In this document: positions 38,418 to 41,989 of the stretch, piece after piece
How the letters are laid out: each line of letters starts with the position of its first letter
Position numbering within the stretch: the stretch's first letter is position 1
Origin: Gemmatimonadota bacterium
GTDB taxonomy: Bacteria > 4572-55 > J002
DNA length: 41,989 nt
Assembly: GCA_003697105.1 (NCBI GenBank)
Contig: RFFQ01000040.1
Location: forward strand, 1-41,989
Direction of reading: 5' to 3'
Notes under the pieces: generated by a model
What the model was told of the DNA's origin: nothing
Database searches by the model: none
The model's input: only the letters and a program-made list of their open reading frames with translations
Made by a program: the position numbers and the translations under genes

Positions 38418-41400
38418 TGGTGGAGGGATCGCCGCCTTCCAGAAATTCAGTCTCCTCAGCACCAACACATCAAAAGCCCTTTATTTACAATACCTTGAGA
38501 GCTTCCGATTGCCGTTCTCCACGTCTCTATGCGGGAAATGTTTTCTCCACATTTTCCCCAAACAGAGAATGGACGCGGGTTCGATTCCCTCTGCCATATC
38601 AAACGCGGTGTTGTCATAACCCAAGTCTTCAGTTTCACGACTACAACCTTAACCTAACTACTACGTCCTCATAGTCCGGGTCTTCGCAGCGAGAGTATCG
38701 ACGCCTCTCGAGGGGACAAGGGTTTCTTCGGGTTGGTTATCTTTCTCCTTTCCCTCAATCGGTACATCTTGATTTTCCTGTCTCGCTTTTCATTAAATCC
38801 CTTTCTCTGCCATGTCTCAGGAACGTTTTGCAGTGTTTCCAATTTATCCGAAACAACAAGTTTACTCCTCCTCAAAACCGAAGGAGTCGAAGCGAAGTGT
38901 CCGGCAGTTTTCTGTCACATCACGAACGGTCTTATCGGAGGCCCCGTCCGGCAATCGGGCCTGAATCTCAAGCGTTACCTCGACCTCAGCGCCGACAAGT
39001 TTTGTTAAATGCTGAATCACCTCATCGGCGATACGCCCGGCATCACGGCCGACGCGGAGAGAATCCAACGTCACTGATCCATAAAATCGGCGATATACCG
39101 GCGTTACGGGGGTGACACTGCGGTCTCCCGGTTGCACAGCGCCCTGCGCTCCGCTGTCCGGGGGAAAACCCGCTTCACCCGGTTGTCCGGAAGATGTTGT
39201 TTCCCCGCCGGCAACGGCAGATGTTTCCCGGCGGGCGGCGTCTTCGCGGATTTGCCGTGCCGCCACGTCCGGCTTGACCAGAAGCGTCCCCCCCTCGGAT
39301 TGGATGTTTACGGCTTTTCCTGCATCCAGGGCACGATACCGCCCGGATTCTTCGTCTTTGCCCTGGGCATAAGCAAATGTATCTGCTTCCCATGTCAACC
39401 GGGATACACCTTCACGGATCGCCCCCACCAGAACATCCGGATCACGAAGGCGGGGAAGGTACAGGTACGTTGCGAAGTCCTCGATGAGTTGTTTCACCGC
39501 CACATCATCACCGCGCCATAAAGGCACGCGATCCAGTTCCAGGCGGAGCCGGATGCCTCCCATCTGAACGAGGAGCATCTCCTCATTTTTCAGTTTTTTA
39601 CTGGCCCTCAAAGCAAGCGAGTCGGTGCCCTGTAAACGGATTTCCGTCCAATCCAGCGCGCCACGAAGTTCAGGTTGTCCGGGTGCAAGCAACCACTGCC
39701 AGGTTTCGGGGATTCGGGCCTTGACCGTCTCATCGGCTGCCTTGCGTTTCGTTTCGGCCTGTTTGGACTGGAACGGATCCAGATTCAGTTGTTCTCTTTC
39801 GTCCCAGATGGACTTCCACGCCAGGTACTGACGGATGGCTGTCTGCAATTCCTTCAGGCGGGTTGCATCACCGGCCAGAAAAACAAGCGTGTTCCGGTAA
39901 TTACGCGGACCGGCTCCGCGATTGTTCAGAACGTTTTCCGCTTCGACGCGTGCCTGACTGTCATGTTGCCCTTTGGTATGTGGATGTTCAGGGCCAAGGA
40001 TAACCAGGCGTGCTTCACGCTCGTCGGGAATGTCACTGCTGCCCGAGCATGCATGCACCCGATGAAAATCGCCCCGGCTCCGGGCCTCTTCCCGCAACCT
40101 GCGGACAATTTCGTCCTGCACATCATGTTCGTGAAACTGGCCAGCCCGATCTTCGGCCAGACGGGTCACCGTCGGCTGCGTTGAGTACCAGTACCGGCGG
40201 CCGTCCACATACAAATAGGTTGCCCGGTCCGTCAGCCGCCGCAGGGCGTCTCCGAATGTCGCCACCGTCTCTCCGGGCTGGACACATCCAAGTTTGACCT
40301 GCCGGTCGTCAATGCCGCGGTTGGCAGCCCGCTGCGTCGGAGCGGAACCGACATAGATGGTTCGAGCCACCCGGCGGCAGGCAGAGTATCGTCCGAGGTT
40401 GGGCACCTCTCTGTCAAGAGAGAGCGGCAACGAATGTTCGCCGTCCACGTCTTTGGCGATAACCGGAGTCCACTGGTCGTCCAGATAGCGCGTCAATTCA
40501 AATTGCACGGCCGGGTCATCAATGGGGACCGTTGCCGGCATGATCAGCAGATTGCCATCCTGCCGCTCCCATAATGAATGGATCACGGTAGCCATTAATC
40601 GGAGCACTCCCCGTGTTCGCTGAAATTTATCCAGGGTTGACCAGTCGGTGTACAGCCGGTCAAACAACTCCGGGTGGATGGGGTAGGCCATCTTGATGCG
40701 TCGTTCGTACTCCGCCTCCCGGCATTCCGACGGGAACTCATTGTGTTGCGTTCCATACATTTCCACGAACGCGCGCGCCACCGCGTCTCGGGCGACAAAC
40801 GCCTGCTTGTCCGTAATGGGCTCGAACAGACGCCGCCGGACAATCTCAAACCCCTCATCCGGACTTGCCGGACGCCAGCTTGATTCCACCCGGCCGATGG
40901 CGTTCTTCAACCGCGACAACGCCCTTTGCCCCCAGTCACCGCCAATCTCATTGTCCGAGGCGGGGATGCTCACCACCAACAACGTATCTTTCGCCGTTTT
41001 GGCCGACTCGCTCAGAGCTTGGGCGAAGGTGAATTGCGTATCAAACGATCCGGCGGGCAGGTCGCTGCCTTCATGCAATTGCCGGGCGTAAGCCACCCAT
41101 TCATCGATAAGGATCAGGCACGGTGAGTACCGGTTGAACAGATCCTTGAGCCGGTCACCCGGGTTGGTGGCATTCTCGTCATCTTCCCGGACCATTTCAT
41201 AGCCTTCCCGGCCACCGAGCTGCCAGGCGATTTCACCCCAGAGCGTTCGCACAATGGTGCCGTCATCCTTCCGGATCGGACTGCCCGGCGAAATTTTCGT
41301 GCCGACCACCACTGCCCGGTTCACAGAAACGGGAAGATCACACGCTGCCTGGTCGAGAATCTGCTCAGTGCCAGGCAGTTCTGTTACAGGTGTACCGGAA

Positions 41401-41989
41401 AACAGGTGATACAGAGCCAGCATGCTGTGGGTCTTGCCGCCGCCGAAATTGGTCTGCAGTTCGACCACCGGATCTCCGCCCCTGCCGGAAAGGCGCAAAA
41501 CAGCATTGCTCAGCAACTTCCCCAGTCCTTCGGTAATATATGTGCGACGGAAGAATTCCGTGGGATGTTGGTATTCCGATGTCGCTTCACCCAGATATAC
41601 CTGCCAGAGATCGGCTGCGAATTCCGCCTGGCTGTATTTTCCGCTGGCCACATCTTTATGCGGCGTGACAACTTTGCGCCAGGGTTTAAGACCACTCTGC
41701 GGGCTCCCTTCAGTTGGCCGGATGGAGCTTTTCCGCATTTCATTGCGGCGTTGTTCGTCGAACCGCACCCGCAGCAGGGCCATCTTCTGTGTTTCGAGCT
41801 CTTTGGCCTGGGGAGCGGAAACCGCGGTCAGCAGCCGTTCCATACTGTCCAGCGCCCGGTACGTATCGTCGCCGGAAAACCGCTCCTGATGCGCCCACTT
41901 GTTCCGCACATCCCGCAATTCGCTGACCAGGGATCTTTCGGTGCGGCCGAGAATATTTCGGAAGACGTCATTCCACGCATCCCACATCA
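38418..41989. mobile_element. Left end of a probable genomic (defence) island; att-like junction near 38418
   Basis: Minus-strand CCTCCACCA 3' remnant, repeated TTCTCCAC boxes, a tmRNA-like T-arm fragment, a visibly higher GC content and a DUF499 defence gene. No integrase within the window. Confidence 0.55.
38862..41987 (-). CDS. Swt1-like HEPN + DUF499 AAA+ ATPase (5' end beyond the window)
   Basis: ELRDVRNKWAH (Rx4H), PW..VVTPH.DV..G....EFAADL, LQTNFGGGKTH, LILIDE, AYPIHPE and FQRTRGVLRL. The frame is open at the window edge. Confidence 0.9.
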   Translation of the reverse strand: MWDAWNDVFRNILGRTERSLVSELRDVRNKWAHQERFSGDDTYRALDSMERLLTAVSAPQAKELETQKMALLRVRFDEQRRNEMRKSSIRPTEGSPQSGLKPWRKVVTPHKDVASGKYSQAEFAADLWQVYLGEATSEYQHPTEFFRRTYITEGLGKLLSNAVLRLSGRGGDPVVELQTNFGGGKTHSMLALYHLFSGTPVTELPGTEQILDQAACDLPVSVNRAVVVGTKISPGSPIRKDDGTIVRTLWGEIAWQLGGREGYEMVREDDENATNPGDRLKDLFNRYSPCLILIDEWVAYARQLHEGSDLPAGSFDTQFTFAQALSESAKTAKDTLLVVSIPASDNEIGGDWGQRALSRLKNAIGRVESSWRPASPDEGFEIVRRRLFEPITDKQAFVARDAVARAFVEMYGTQHNEFPSECREAEYERRIKMAYPIHPELFDRLYTDWSTLDKFQRTRGVLRLMATVIHSLWERQDGNLLIMPATVPIDDPAVQFELTRYLDDQWTPVIAKDVDGEHSLPLSLDREVPNLGRYSACRRVARTIYVGSAPTQRAANRGIDDRQVKLGCVQPGETVATFGDALRRLTDRATYLYVDGRRYWYSTQPTVTRLAEDRAGQFHEHDVQDEIVRRLREEARSRGDFHRVHACSGSSDIPDEREARLVILGPEHPHTKGQHDSQARVEAENVLNNRGAGPRNYRNTLVFLAGDATRLKELQTAIRQYLAWKSIWDEREQLNLDPFQSKQAETKRKAADETVKARIPETWQWLLAPGQPELRGALDWTEIRLQGTDSLALRASKKLKNEEMLLVQMGGIRLRLELDRVPLWRGDDVAVKQLIEDFATYLYLPRLRDPDVLVGAIREGVSRLTWEADTFAYAQGKDEESGRYRALDAGKAVNIQSEGGTLLVKPDVAARQIREDAARRETSAVAGGETTSSGQPGEAGFPPDSGAQGAVQPGDRSVTPVTPVYRRFYGSVTLDSLRVGRDAGRIADEVIQHLTKLVGAEVEVTLEIQARLPDGASDKTVRDVTENCRTLRFDSFGFEEE

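Noticed and set aside
38571-38596. Intact tRNA/tmRNA gene
   Set aside because: Only a T-arm-like piece is present, with no acceptor-stem partner, D-arm or anticodon arm. Treated as a remnant.
38669-38875. 68-aa minus-strand ORF after DUF499
   Set aside because: Overlaps the DUF499 end in another frame, with no motif or RBS. It may be pseudogene debris but cannot be supported.

Overview
Bacterial chromosomal window from a diderm (lpxB present). The secreted S8 protease with a FlgD-Ig-like C-terminus, the DUF4175 protein and the bS22/COX24-type peptide would fit an FCB-superphylum-like lineage, but taxonomy cannot be fixed from this sequence. About 38.4 kb is host backbone. From left to right: a STAS-HerA-YjbQ-kinase-kinase-SH3-fabF-permease cluster, an orphan HEPN with an arginyl/leucyl-tRNA-protein transferase, an SDR, ribD, a solo groES under a variant CIRCE, hisS, a degenerate uridine kinase, mce, tsaC, ribH-ribB(X), DUF4175, HU, IHF/HU, bS22, tRNA-Arg(CCG), a TPR/TolB protein, an S8 peptidase, monomeric icd, an ATP-grasp/peptidase-esterase cluster, YihY, an HDAC and lpxB. 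The last 3.5 kb is the edge of a GC-richer island with att-like remnants, encoding a HEPN-DUF499 ATPase of the BREX-related DUF499 defence systems. Two unannotated signals stand out. (1) Two convergent, highly structured candidate small RNAs (13586-13749 + and 14924-15067 -). Each has a sigma54-type -24/-12 promoter, an IHF-like site, a shared upstream GGGAAAT-N3-ACCCA motif and C-rich, anti-Shine-Dalgarno-like loops. (2) A candidate peptide/amide-ligase locus with two different ATP-grasp ligases flanking a peptidase-S51-like/Ig-like/esterase fusion. All calls were made by eye; no searches or folding programs were run.
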